A stretch of DNA of 63,447 nt, filler included, from Octopus bimaculoides (GCF_001194135.2; 8 parts of 8 records of this genome joined end to end with filler, not necessarily neighbours in it), one strand, 5' to 3'. Counted from the whole stretch's first letter, positions 24,860 to 36,714 are shown. Notes: a model not told the origin generated them from the sequence alone. Made by a program: numbers and translations.

Positions 24860-25730
24860 TGTAAGGAAAGGGAGGAAGGTGACTCACTTTGTGTGATGAG
24901 AATGAGGAGAAGGAAGAGAAACGTGACATAGTGTGCTTGATGGATGGAGGAGGAGGAGGAGGAGGGGGAGGAATGTAATACAATATGTTTGACTGGAGGA
25001 AGAGTAAAGAGAAACGCGACACAGTGTGCCTCATAGGAGGAGAAGGGAAGAAATGGTTACACTGTGTGTTTGACGGGAGGAGAAGAAGGAGGGGGTATAT
25101 GACACAGTATATTTGATGGGTAGAGGAAGAGGCGGTATGTGACTCAGTTTGTTTGATGGGAAGAGGAGAAGGAGGAGGTATGTGACACAGTATGTTTGAT
25201 GGGTGGAAGAAAAGTAAAAGTATGCTTGATGAGACACAGTATGCTTGATGAGAGAAGGAGGGAGTATGTGATAGTATGTTTGATGGGAAGAGGAGAAGGA
25301 GGAAGTATGTGATAGTATGTTTGATGGGAAGAGGAGAAGGAGGAGGTATGTGATAGTATGTTTGATGGGAAGAGGAGAAGGAGGAGGTATGTGATAGTAT
25401 GTTTGATGGGAAGAGGAGAAGGAGGAGGTATGTGATAGTATGTTTGATGGGAAGNNNNNNNNNNNNNNNNNNNNNNNNNNNNNNNNNNNNNNNNNNNNNN
25501 NNNNNNNNNNNNNNNNNNNNNNNNNNNNNNNNNNNNNNNNNNNNNNNNNNNNNNNNNNNNNNNNNNNNNNNNNAGTATGTGATAGTATGTTTGATGGGAA
25601 GAGGAGAAGGAGGAGGTATGTGATAGTATGTTTGATGGGAAGAGGAGAAGGAGGAGGTATGTGACACAGTATGTTTGATGGGTGGAAGAAGGAGGAGGTA
25701 TGTGATAGTATGTTTGATGGGAAGAGGTGT
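24860..25730. repeat. 41 bp minisatellite (GTATGTGATAGTATGTTTGATGGGAAGAGGAGAAGGAGGAG)n
   Basis: Near-perfect units around the internal gap, degenerating leftwards. Confidence 0.95.
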
Positions 25731-25758
25731 AGATGACAAAACAGAAATGCAGACATAT

Positions 25759-26198
25759 AGGCGTAGGAGTGGCTGTGTGGTAAGTAGCTTGCTTACCAGC
25801 CACATGGTTCCGGGTTCAATCCCACTGCGTGGCACCTTGGGCAAGTAAGTGTCTTCTACTATAGTCTCAGACCCACCAAAGTCTTGTGAGTGGATTTGGT
25901 AGACGGAAACTGAAAGAAGCCCGTCGTATATATGTATATATATATATATAGATATGTGTGTGTGTGTGTGTGTGTATGTGTGTGTATGTTTGTGTGTCTG
26001 TGTTTATCCCCCCAACAATACTTGACAACCGATGCTGGTGTGTTTACGTCCCCGTAACTTAGTGGTTCGGCAAAAGAGACCGATAGAATAAGTACTAGGC
26101 TTACAAAGAATAAGTCCTGGGGTCGATTTGCTCGACTAAAGGTGGTGCTCCAGTATGGCTGGAGTCAAATGACTGAAACAAGTAAAAGGGTAAAAGAG
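25759..26198 (+). mobile_element. SINE family A, full length
   Basis: All modules present, with GTAAAAG tail. Confidence 0.9.
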
Positions 26199-26422
26199 TA
26201 TATGTACACAGACTCACACACATACACACACATGCGCGTACACACGTATATCACGCATCAAAGTACACGACACAAACACACACACACAAACACACATATA
26301 CAGTATGTATTTTCTAACAATTCTTCATCTACAAGTATATACAGAAGGTGCACAATCATATACACATGCACACACATTTCACACACAAACACATACTGAG
26401 GTATATTTAATACAGACACATA

Positions 26423-26822
26423 TACTTTTATCGTTTTACTTGTTTCCTTCATTTGACTGCGGCCATACTGGGGCACCACTTTGCAGAATTTTAGTCAAAT
26501 GAATTGACTCCGGTATATATATTTTTAATTTTTAAAGCCTGGTACTTATTCTATCGGTCTTTTTTGCGGAACTGCTAAGTTACGGAGAAGTAAACACACG
26601 ATCACCAATTGTCAAGCAGTGGTTGAAACATACAGACACACAGACACACAGACACACGCACGACGGGCTTCTTTCAGTTTCCGTCTACCAAATCCATTCA
26701 CAAGGGTTTGCTCGGCCCGAGGCTATAGCAGAAGACACTTGCTGAAGATGCCACGCAGTAGGACTGAACTCAGAACCATGTGGTAGAGAAGCAAGCTTCT
26801 TACCACACAGCTACACCTGTGT
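26423..26822 (-). mobile_element. SINE family A, full length
   Basis: Reverse-complement match to the preceding copy. Confidence 0.9.
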
Positions 26823-26889
26823 CTGTGCTGGACCGGGCTGTTGAGCTCCTCTGTTCGAATATATAAGGACATAGATATTGTGTCATATA

Positions 26890-27050
26890 ATAATAAATGC
26901 GCACTTTGAAAGCCTAGCCAGGCTCATGGGCTCGGTTTCCCGGCTTCAATGGCGTATGTGTTCTCCCTAGCTGGACGGGATGCGAGTCCATCGCAGCGTT
27001 ACACATTTTTTCCAGCTGAGTGGAACTGGAGCAACGTGATATTGTGTCGT
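26890..27050 (-). mobile_element. SINE fragment with V-domain-like core
   Basis: The minus strand reads ..CTGCGATGGACTCGCATCCCGTCCAG.., resembling the V-SINE domain CCCTGCGATGGACTGGC.TCCC.TCCAG. Confidence 0.55.
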
Positions 27051-27195
27051 ATAGCCAGCTGGAAACGATGCTTCCTGGGGTTAAATAACAGTAACATTCG
27101 TCCCATTCAGAACTGCGACATTATGTTGGCAAATGCTATTTACTTTAAAGTACTGTTACTGAATATTTCTCTTTGAGAAATTTATAATTAATAAT

Positions 27196-27230
<35 letters not shown>

Positions 27231-27251
27231 GGAGTAAGCACATTTTCTAAC

Positions 27252-27297
27252 AAAACTGTCCGATGAACGGGACCGTGAAACTCAGAGTAACAGTTTT
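27252..27297 (+). ncRNA. Minimal type I hammerhead ribozyme (variant core CCGAUGA), probably in a Penelope/retrozyme terminal repeat
   Basis: Stem I AAAACTGT(27252-59)/ACAGTTTT(27290-97); core CCGATGA(27260-66); stem II ACG-GGAC-CGT; GAAA(27277-80); stem III CTC-A-GAG; cleavage triplet GUA ending at 27289. Confidence 0.75.
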
Positions 27298-27916
27298 TTT
27301 GTTATATTTCTGCTGCTTTTNNNNNNNNNNNNNNNNNNNNNNNNNNNNNNNNNNNNNNNNNNNNNNNNNNNNNNNNNNNNNNNNNNNNNNNNNNNNNNNN
27401 NNNNNNNNNNNNNNNNNNNNNNNNNNNNNNNNNNNNNNNNNNNNNNNNNNNNNNNNNNNNNNNNNNNNNNNNNNNNNNNNNNNNNNNNNNNNNNNNNNNN
27501 NNNNNNNNNNNNNNNNNNNNNNNNNNNNNNNNNNNNNNNNNNNNNNNNNNNNNNNNNNNNNNNNNNNNNNNNNNNNNNNNNNNNNNNNNNNNNNNNNNNN
27601 NNNNNNNNNNNNNNNNNNNNNNNNNNNNNNNNNNNNNNNNNNNNNNNNNNNNNNNNNNNNNNNNNNNNNNNNNNNNNNNNNNNNNNNNNNNNNNNNNNNN
27701 NNNNNNNNNNNNNNNNNNNNNNNNNNNNNNNNNNNNNNNNNNNNNNNNNNNNNNNNNNNNNNNNNNNNNNNNNNNNNNNNNNNNNNNNNNNNNNNNNNNN
27801 NNNNNNNNNNNNNNNNNNNNNNNNNNNNNNNNNNNNNNNNNNNNNNNNNNNNNNNNNNNNNNNNNNNNNNNNNNNNNNNNNNNNNNNNNNNNNNNNNNNN
27901 NNTTTGTAGAGTTACT

Positions 27917-27920
27917 GATA

Positions 27921-27995
<75 letters not shown>
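27917..27995. repeat. Pure (AAT)n, about 25 units
   Basis: Direct inspection. Confidence 0.95.
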
Positions 27996-27997
<2 letters not shown>

Positions 27998-28227
27998 ACA
28001 CTGTAGATATATTCATTAAAACAAAGATATATTATACCGGGTCAACCAAGGCATGTTTTCTGGAACGTGGAGTTCATGTAGATACACAAGCAATCCTCTT
28101 TTAGCTGCGCAATAAATAAATAGATGAATAAATAAATAAATCTAGCGTAAAAATAGAAAATAAGACATAAAGAAAATCAACTACAAATGTGCATGTATAA
28201 ATATATATGTATACACACACACACCCT

Positions 28228-28275
<48 letters not shown>

Positions 28276-28286
28276 GTCACAGATAC

Positions 28287-28317
<31 letters not shown>

Positions 28318-28447
28318 GTCACAGATACATATATATATATATACACACACATATATCAATACATATAGCATATACGTCACCATCACACACACACACACAC
28401 ACACACATACACACACATATATGTTCGTATGTATATATGTATGTATG

Positions 28448-28503
<56 letters not shown>

Positions 28504-29231
28504 AAGTGGGGGTACGTGGTCTAGTGGTTAAGGTGTTCCAGTCACGATTGCCAGATCACGGCTTCGATTCCTGGACCGGCCAACACGTCGTCTTTATCAG
28601 ACAAGACGCTTCATTTCAGCGTTGCTCTGCGAATGGGAATTATTGTCTCGTCGGCAGAAATGCTTATACAGTATGTCTTCCGGATCTTTACATACCGAGT
28701 TCAAATCCCACCTGCCTGGATAAAACAACGGGTAAACCGCTTCAGTATTCTAGTCTAGTTGTAATAGCCAAGATTCCAATAATCTATTTAACGGCGGCAG
28801 GGGAGGATACTGCAGAAGTTTCACATGAGCAGACCACCATTCGACTAGTTATGTGTGTGTATGTGTGTATGGCTTAGTGGTGGGTTGTGTTCTTCAGCGA
28901 AACATTTCATCTCACTTCATCTCTGTGATAACTTCGACACCTGACGTGTGGTATTACCGTGCACCTGTTCAAGCAACGTCTATTTGATGGTGAGAATGTG
29001 TACACAAAATTTTGATCACTATAAAGAAATCATTTGAAAAATGAAAAAATAAAATGAATACTCATTCGTCTTCGAGGGAAGAGTTCAAGCAGGTTGTTAA
29101 CAAAGCGACAAGATTTTTTTTTACCTACGAGCGTTCCTGGTGTTTGTAAATATGTGATTGATTTGTGTTGGCTGAACTGCTTATGTATACATTCAAGTGT
29201 GTGTGTGTGCATCTATTCGCATAAGAATCTC

Positions 29232-29640
29232 GTGTGGAGAATCTTTGGAATATCTTACAGATCTTTACTGTGCCACTAATAGATTGGATTTGGAGAATCC
29301 GCTTCAGTTCCTTTTACTATTTTTCGAAAAACCGGGTATTTCTAGTTTATTTTTGTGAGCAAATTTGTTGGTAGATAACCTAATACAACTATGATGACAG
29401 GTACAAATGAGGATTCATAGTTAGGGTACAACAGATGTACGTTCCACATTAATTTGCCATAAATGTTCTCTTTTCTTAGACTTTTGATCATGCATTCATG
29501 TCCGCTGGGCAGCTAACCTCTACAACAGTGCATAACTTTTGTTCCTTGCCCTACAGAACAATATCCAGTCTATTATATTTGCACCACGCTAATGTTTTTA
29601 TTGGGTGTTCAACGAGTATCACTTGTTTTAAAGGTGTAAA
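29232..29640 (-). mobile_element. Decayed R4/Dong-type RLE LINE fragment
   Basis: PIKT..KYNRLDIVL*GKEQKLCTVVEVSCPADMN..ILQIQSISGTVKICK; homologous to 57278-57673. Confidence 0.8.
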
Positions 29641-29664
29641 TACCTGCAGTAGCTATCTCCTGTT

Positions 29665-30510
29665 TCTGGAGAGCGCACATGCGCGCGCACAATATTGCAA
29701 ATTCATCCAGTTCGACATTGTTGACTTCTGCCCTTCCATATCTAAGCCCTTCCTCCTGAAGGCTCAAGCTTTAGCTGGACAATTTACCAGCATTAGTGAT
29801 CTTGAATGCAAGAAAGTTAATACTGGTCCATGACGATTCCATCTAGTTGGAGAAAGGTTATCCATTGTTTGATGTCTCTATGGGGAGCTTTGACGGGGTT
29901 GAAATCGCCGACCTCGTCGGGTTGTACATCTTGGATACCATCAAGAGACGTACCCTTCTAATTAGATCGGCCCTCTACAGAGATGATGGCCTGGATATCT
30001 CTAGCCATATGAATGGCCATGCCATGGACAGCTTCAGGAAGGACTTGATAAAAATATTCAGAGACTTCGGCCTGCCAATAACGGTTACTACCAACTAGAC
30101 TACGGTCAATTTCTTGGACGTAATCTTAGACCTGAACACGGGCAAATACTACCCTTACAAGAGGCCTTATGAAGAAACTGTATATATCCACAAGAGCTCA
30201 ACCCATCCCCTGCTGTAATTAGAAATCTGGTTTCAGGCATTGGCAAACGGGTGTCTAAATTCTCAGCCAACACGGCGATCTTTAATAGGGCCGCCCCCTT
30301 CTACAACGATGATTTTGCTAGGAGCGGAATTTTTCAGAAGCTCATGTATGTGGACGAACTTCAAATCACCTCTCCTCACTCCAAGAGAATTAAGAAAAGT
30401 GAAATAATCTGATATAACCCCCACCCATATAACTTAGAAGTTTCTACCAATGTAGCCAGGGGCTTCCTGTCGTGGATAAAGAAACATTTCCCCAGAGGCA
30501 GGGATACAAG
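29665..30510 (+). mobile_element. Penelope-like element reverse transcriptase remnant (Neptune-like)
   Basis: KFIQFDIVDFCPSIS..FDVSMGSFDGVEIADLVGLYIL..LYRDDGL..VNFLDVILDLNTGKYYPYKRP..YIHKSSTHP..II*YNPP..TNVARGFL..KHFP. Confidence 0.85.
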
Positions 30511-31002
30511 ATTTCACAGGCACAGGGAAGAATATAGATGTTGCACGGCCGACGGCCGAACCAAGAAAGAAACACACATTTTCATATACATACATGTATG
30601 TACACACGTTTCGTTTTATGCGAAGGAGTGTTTAAGTATGTACGTATGTATGTATGTATGTATGTATGTATGAATGTGCGTGCATTTTACATTTTCACCT
30701 TGACATTTTACGTAGTTGTTCATCTGTGTGTAATAAAGTTTTTTTTTATCCAAACCGTGTATCAAAATCTGTAGCTAGATTGTGTTTGACTGGATCTCGT
30801 CTTCAATCGTCTTAAGCTTAAATTTAAGCTATTTGCTCTGTTTTCAGCACTAATTGTCCGTATCTGTTGTAAAATACAACTCCTAAACATTCGTGCCCGC
30901 GATATATACCAATATCTACATCAGTCCATCCATCCATCCATCCATCCATCCATACACATACACATATATATGTATGTATACTTATATACATATATATATA
31001 TG

Positions 31003-31056
<54 letters not shown>

Positions 31057-31156
31057 NNNNNNNNNNNNNNNNNNNNNNNNNNNNNNNNNNNNNNNNNNNN
31101 TTAATTAATTAANNNNNNNNNNNNNNNNNNNNNNNNNNNNNNNNNNNNNNNNNNNN
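31057..31156. other. Artificial scaffold spacer 44N+TTAATTAATTAA+44N; also with the linker at 36010, 40176, 46042, 50237, 57721 and 61370
   Basis: Seven identical 100 bp spacers; the 12-mer has stop codons in all six frames. Confidence 0.95.
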
Positions 31157-31390
31157 AAAGGCCTCACACATTTTGCTTGGCTCGAGCAGTTCGCGCCCCT
31201 GTTCGTCCACCAGAGACCGAATGGTGGCTTTGTTGCCCTGTTGCGCCTCCGCCACCCGGGCCTCTCGTGCGGCTCCAACACCTTCGTTTCTTAGAGCACG
31301 CATCCTAGCCCTGACAACGCACCCTTCGTGTTTGGCGTTGAAGTGTTGGTCAAGGGCCAACCTCGCCGCCAAAACGTCGGATGCGATGCC

Positions 31391-31391
<1 letters not shown>
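31157..31391 (-). mobile_element. 5'-truncated L1/Tx1 LINE ORF2 fragment (EN-RT linker), open frame running into the spacer
   Basis: RLALDQHFNAKHEGCVVRARMRALRNEG..KATIRSLVDEQGRELLEPSKMCEAF; abuts (GATA)n at 31392. Confidence 0.8.
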
Positions 31392-31443
<52 letters not shown>

Positions 31444-32719
31444 TTTGTATGTGTGAATGTGTATGTATATATTAAGCATACATGTACAATTACATATATA
31501 CTCACATATATGCATATACATAAATATATATACAGGTCAGTGCGTTTGTGTGTGTATATGTCCGGTAACATTTTGGCACATATAATTGCGTGCATACATG
31601 TGTGCTTGTATGTTTTGTCTGTGAATGTATGTATGTATGTGAGTGAGGAGACTACGTGTATGTGTTTGTATGTGTATGTGTTTGTTGCGTGTGTTTTTGT
31701 TGCCTTGGTGTCTAGGGAATGATGTGCTTGTACAAGCATGCATAGGTATGTTGTATATACGTGTACGCCTATGTATATAAAAGAAAATTTGTATGCGTGT
31801 ATGTGTGTGTGTATGTGTGTGAACACGCATGCATGATGTGTCGATCCAGCCATTAACGTGTTTGAAAGCTAACAGGAAAGTAAAGGATATAGTCCCTCTG
31901 GTTATGAAATCGTTCATTGCTTGGTGATAAAAACCCATTTCTACTCGTCAGGAAAAATGACGGCCAACCAAAATCACTCTGCAACGTAGTTTTGTATGAA
32001 ACGAAAATTTCATCGACGAATTTGATTTAAGCTAAAGAAAAACAGAGCTTAAATCCCAACAAACGACAAGTGTTAGAAAAAAAATGTGAGGAAAATGTGT
32101 AAAAAATATATGTGAGTGAAATTTAAAGAATTGCCACTCAATGTAGGCAAACCGTCGTGTCGAAAAAATCACCATCAATTCTTACTTGGACGACGTTCCA
32201 TTTCAGGAACCTCTATATTTTTAAATGTAATTGTCACGGCAAGCATATCGGGAATACCATAGCTTTATACGCCTGACGACGATGAGAAGGACGACAGTAA
32301 CAACGACGTGAGCGACAATGTAGGTTTGTTTTCATAAATGTGTTTTAGTAATAAAATTAAATGATATAAATTCTGTGTTTATCTTTCTTTTATAATTATA
32401 TTTAAACAGAGAATGAGTTTATCGAAAACGTTACGGAATATTAAGAAATATTTTTAACGTGTAAATTCCTCTCCGTTATTCAGGTTTACAATGAAGAGAA
32501 TATTCAGGAGTGGGACATGAGAAAGGAAAAGAAAACGGAAAGGAAAACAGCGGCTCCAAAGAGTGCTGACACGACAGATATTTTGCTAGAGCAACAAATA
32601 AGATTCTACCGTATCCAAGATGATCAGTGAACTCCAAAATCAACAGCTCAGTGTCTCTGCTTCTGAGGCAACAGAAGCTAGGTTCGTCTCTTATTATTAT
32701 TATTTAATAATTTATTTAA

Positions 32720-33277
32720 GATGGCGAGTTGACAGAGTCATTAGCGCGCCTGACGAAATGCTTAGAGGTATTTCGGCCGTCGTTACGTTCTAAGTTCAAA
32801 TTCCGCCGAGATCGACTTTACCTTTCATCCTTTCGGGGTCGATTAAATAAGTACCAGTTGAACACTGGGGTCGATGTAATCGGCTCCTCCCCTCCCCCTA
32901 AATGTCTGCCATTGCTATTTAATAATTATTTAAGGCGGCGAGCTGGCAGAAACGTTAGCACGCCGGGCGAAATGCTTAGTGGTATTTCGTCTGCCGCTAC
33001 GTTCTAAGTTCAAATTCTGCCGAGATCGACTTTACCTTTCATCCTTTCGGGGTCAATTAAATAAGTACCAGTTACAATTCGTTTATTTGTCCCTCTTTGT
33101 CCCCTCTGTGTGTAGCCCCTTGTGGGGTAGTAAAGAAATAAGAAACGTTAGCACGTCAGGCGAAATGCTTAGCGGCAGTTCGTCTGTCTTCATATTCCGA
33201 GTTTAAATTCTGCCGAGGTCGACTTTGCCCTTCATCTTTTCAGGGTCGATAAAATGAGTACCAGTTGAGTAATCGAC
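32720..33277 (+). mobile_element. Array of three SINE family B copies
   Basis: Heads at about 32720, 32935 and 33143; the first two share an AT-rich 5' flank. Confidence 0.9.
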
Positions 33278-33763
33278 NNNNNNNNNNNNNNNNNNNNNNN
33301 NNNNNNNNNNNNNNNNNNNNNNNNNNNNNNNNNNNNNNNNNNNNNNNNNNNNNNNNNNNNNNNNNNNNNNNNNNNNNNNNNNNNNNNNNNNNNNNNNNNN
33401 NNNNNNNNNNNNNNNNNNNNNNNNNNNNNNNNNNNNNNNNNNNNNNNNNNNNNNNNNNNNNNNNNNNNNNNNNNNNNNNNNNNNNNNNNNNNNNNNNNNN
33501 NNNNNNNNNNNNNNNNNNNNNNNNNNNNNNNNNNNNNNNNNNNNNNNNNNNNNNNNNNNNNNNNNNNNNNNNNNNNNNNNNNNNNNNNNNNNNNNNNNNN
33601 NNNNNNNNNNNNNNNNNNNNNNNNNNNNNNNNNNNNNNNNNNNNNNNNNNNNNNNNNNNNNNNNNNNNNNNNNNNNNNNNNNNNNNNNNNNNNNNNNNNN
33701 NNNNNNNNNNNNNNNNNNNNNNNNNNNNNNNNNNNNNNNNNNNTATATATATATATATATACA

Positions 33764-33794
<31 letters not shown>

Positions 33795-33809
33795 GTATAT
33801 ATTATATAT

Positions 33810-33968
33810 ATGCGACGAGATTCCTTTAGTTTCCATCTACCAAATCCACTCACAAGATTTTGATCGGCCCAAGGCTATAGTAGAGGACACTTGCCTAAGG
33901 TGCCACACAGTAGAACTGAACCCGGGACCATGTGGTTGGAAAACAAGCTTCTTACCACACAGCTATGT
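33810..33968 (-). mobile_element. SINE family A, 5' half
   Basis: Head match. Confidence 0.85.
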
Positions 33969-34690
33969 CTACGCCAGCATTATTTAATCATCTTTTGTTT
34001 TCTTTTTTTTTTTTTTTTTNNNNNNNNNNNNNNNNNNNNNNNNNNNNNNNNNNNNNNNNNNNNNNNNNNNNNNNNNNNNNNNNNNNNNNNNNNNNNNNNN
34101 NNNNNNNNNNNNNNNNNNNATATATAGGGGGGAATATATGCATATAAGCACACACATATGTATTGTTGGTATTTTTCTGTTTCTTCATTCATAAACATAA
34201 TTAACCTTTATACTTTTCTAGATTTAGTTTTGATTTAAAAATATCTATATATGTTGTTTGTATGCATGCATGTATCCACGTACGTATGTGCGCATGTATG
34301 CTTGTGTTTACGGGTAGTCATATATACGTTTGCATATTAATATGTATGTGTGTATGTATATAGGTATAAGTGTGTGTGTATGTATATAGGTATATGTGTA
34401 TGTGTGTGTGTGTGTGTATGTGTATGTATATACGTACATGCATACACACACACATATGCATATATATATATATAGATAGATGCAGGTGCACATACCAATG
34501 AATATATATATATACATATATCATGAATATATATGAGTATGTATTTGTGTGTGCGTGCGCGCGCGCGTGTGTGTGTGTATATATGTGTGAGTTAAATTCG
34601 ATTCGACTTTCCCCCCAGATCTCTTCCAGCTACTCTCAATTTACATCTCCAGATATGCTATCTTATATGTCTTCTGTTTTCAACTTATAC

Positions 34691-34749
<59 letters not shown>

Positions 34750-35769
34750 CATGCATAAAGAGCGAGGGGAATGAGAGAAAAAGAGGGAGAGAGAAAGAGA
34801 GAGGATGGGTATTACTGAATATCACATATGTATTCATACGAGAGTATATCTTTAATATGCAGAAGTGAATGTATGTACGTTTATCTATGTGCGCGCTCCA
34901 GATTGCCGGGTACACTCTTACACATGGGCAACTGAACTTTGGCCTACAGGCTTATATTTTCAAAGTGGAGGTCATGAACAATGTCACTTTTCCCTATACT
35001 TTCTTTAAACGATGTCAAAGTAAGGAATCTCTGTTATATATTCTTTTGTGTTTATTATTTCGGGTTAGAGGCTACAGTTTTTGACCCTGCGTAGCTGAAG
35101 TTTTTGTATAGCCACGCATCTTTCCGTCTTTTCATAGAGACTGTCTAACAGTCTCTATGACATTTTCTGACACTTCCTGTACAATAGGACACGTTTTTTC
35201 GTATGATTGCATGCCTGTGTGTGCTTGTGTATTGTGTATGTATGTATGTATGTATGTGTGTGTGAATGGATGGATGGATGGATGGTTGGATGGATGGATG
35301 GATGGATGGTTGAATGTTCCGGTACTAGGAAAACAGGTTTTGACCTAAGTAGTTCAAATTTTGCGTATGCTGTACTTACTAATAAATCTAGTTAAGATCA
35401 TACACAGCTTATATAGGTGTGTGTTTGTGTTTGTGTGCGCGTGCGTGTGAGTGAACAAAAGAAAGCAGTGTTCAATAAATATCGTTGAGATTGCACATAA
35501 TTAATAACAGTTTTGTGTCAGCTCTATATTATTTGAAAGTTTCGTAGGCGTACGTCACGCCCACCACATCAGAAGGATGTCTTTCACGCACACAAACTTA
35601 CAAAAATATGAAGTTGAGCTGTAAATTTTCAAAATTTTATAAGGTAATTATCGAAGTGAAGAATTTTTATCTTATATCCAAGTAATTCACAGAGTTTCTA
35701 TTCAGTATGAGGCTCTTTTCTGCTGTACGTAAATTACATCTCTTTTCCCATGTGAAATATGGTCTACAT

Positions 35770-35925
35770 CGGTAGGTAGGTAGGTAGGTAGGTAGGTAGG
35801 TAGGTAGGTAGGCAGGCAGGCAGGCAAGCAGGCAGACAGGTAGGTAGGTAGGTAGGCAGGCAGGCGGACAGGTAGGCAGACAGGCAGGTAGGTAGGTAGG
35901 TAGGTAGGTAGGTAGGTAGGTAGGT
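35770..35925. repeat. (TAGG)n/(CAGG)n tetranucleotide tract
   Basis: Direct inspection. Confidence 0.95.
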
Positions 35926-36239
35926 ATGCAGAAACAGAGACGCGAGACAAGTTCTCAGCTTCAGTNNNNNNNNNNNNNNNNNNNNNNNNNNNNNNNNNNN
36001 NNNNNNNNNTTAATTAATTAANNNNNNNNNNNNNNNNNNNNNNNNNNNNNNNNNNNNNNNNNNNNCATATATATATATATATATATATATATCCCTCACA
36101 GAAGTGAGGGACAAGGAGGTGAAGCATGACCTTCAAATGTGAGGCCATGTGGGGAAGATGACAAGTGACGATGACCCATCAAGCCAAGAAACCGTAATTG
36201 TGGTCATTGACAGTGTCATTTAAATTTCATCTGTGTAAG

Positions 36240-36378
36240 AATCACCTGTTACACTCTTGGAATTGTTGGTGTTAGGAAGGGCATTCAGTTGTAGAAACCA
36301 TGCCAAATCAGATTGGAACCTGGTGCAGCCCTCTGGCTTACTAGCTCCATGCCAGCATGGAAATTGGATGTTAAATGA
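36240..36378 (+). mobile_element. (GAT)n-tailed, RTE-related SINE fragment (family E)
   Basis: AGGAAGGGCATTCAG.TGTAGAAA..CCATG..AGCATGGAAA.TGGAT.TTAAATGATG; second copy at 38270-38480, reverse fragment near 39870-39960. Confidence 0.6.
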
Positions 36379-36618
36379 TGGAAAGGAACTACATGAAGCA
36401 GACTGGTTACTATAACAGCTCCAGTCTGTCCATGTCACCTTCCTTTTTCTTCCCCTACACGTCTGAGCAATGGCTTTTCGATTCTTCAGTAATTCTGCAA
36501 TTTGTAATAGCTGAACCCAGTTTCCCTGCTAACCATGGTATATATAGTAATAATTCCACATGCTTTAGTTACTTTTCATTGCTACAACCTTGTTTTAAAA
36601 ATGATAACCAATTTTTAC

Positions 36619-36714
36619 CAGGCAGAAGTTTTGGGGGAGAGTATGCAAAACATGGAAAATCAATAATCTTCCATCTCTTGAACATTGAAAATTCTACTAT
36701 ATCATCTATACCAT
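36619..36714 (-). CDS. Candidate 96 bp phase-1/phase-1 exon of an unidentified gene (DGIDDIVEFSMFKRWKIIDFPCFAYSPPKLLP)
   Basis: AG acceptor (TTTCAAG|) and GT donor (CTG|GTAAAA), open frame, unique sequence in a CpG-depleted scaffold. No homology recognised. Confidence 0.25.

Noticed and set aside
24700-24860. Possible RTE fragment (FKWLLRVLGYVT)
   Set aside because: Similarity too weak to support.
24846-25844. 332 aa ORF
   Set aside because: Translation of a SINE head plus the 41 bp minisatellite across a gap.
31101-31112. Recurrent palindrome TTAATTAATTAA as a regulatory or piggyBac site
   Set aside because: Synthetic six-frame-stop spacer, always centred in 44N+44N.
32500-32690. Lys/Arg-rich hAT-transposase-like N-terminal stretch
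   Set aside because: Only compositional resemblance; no catalytic or BED motif found.
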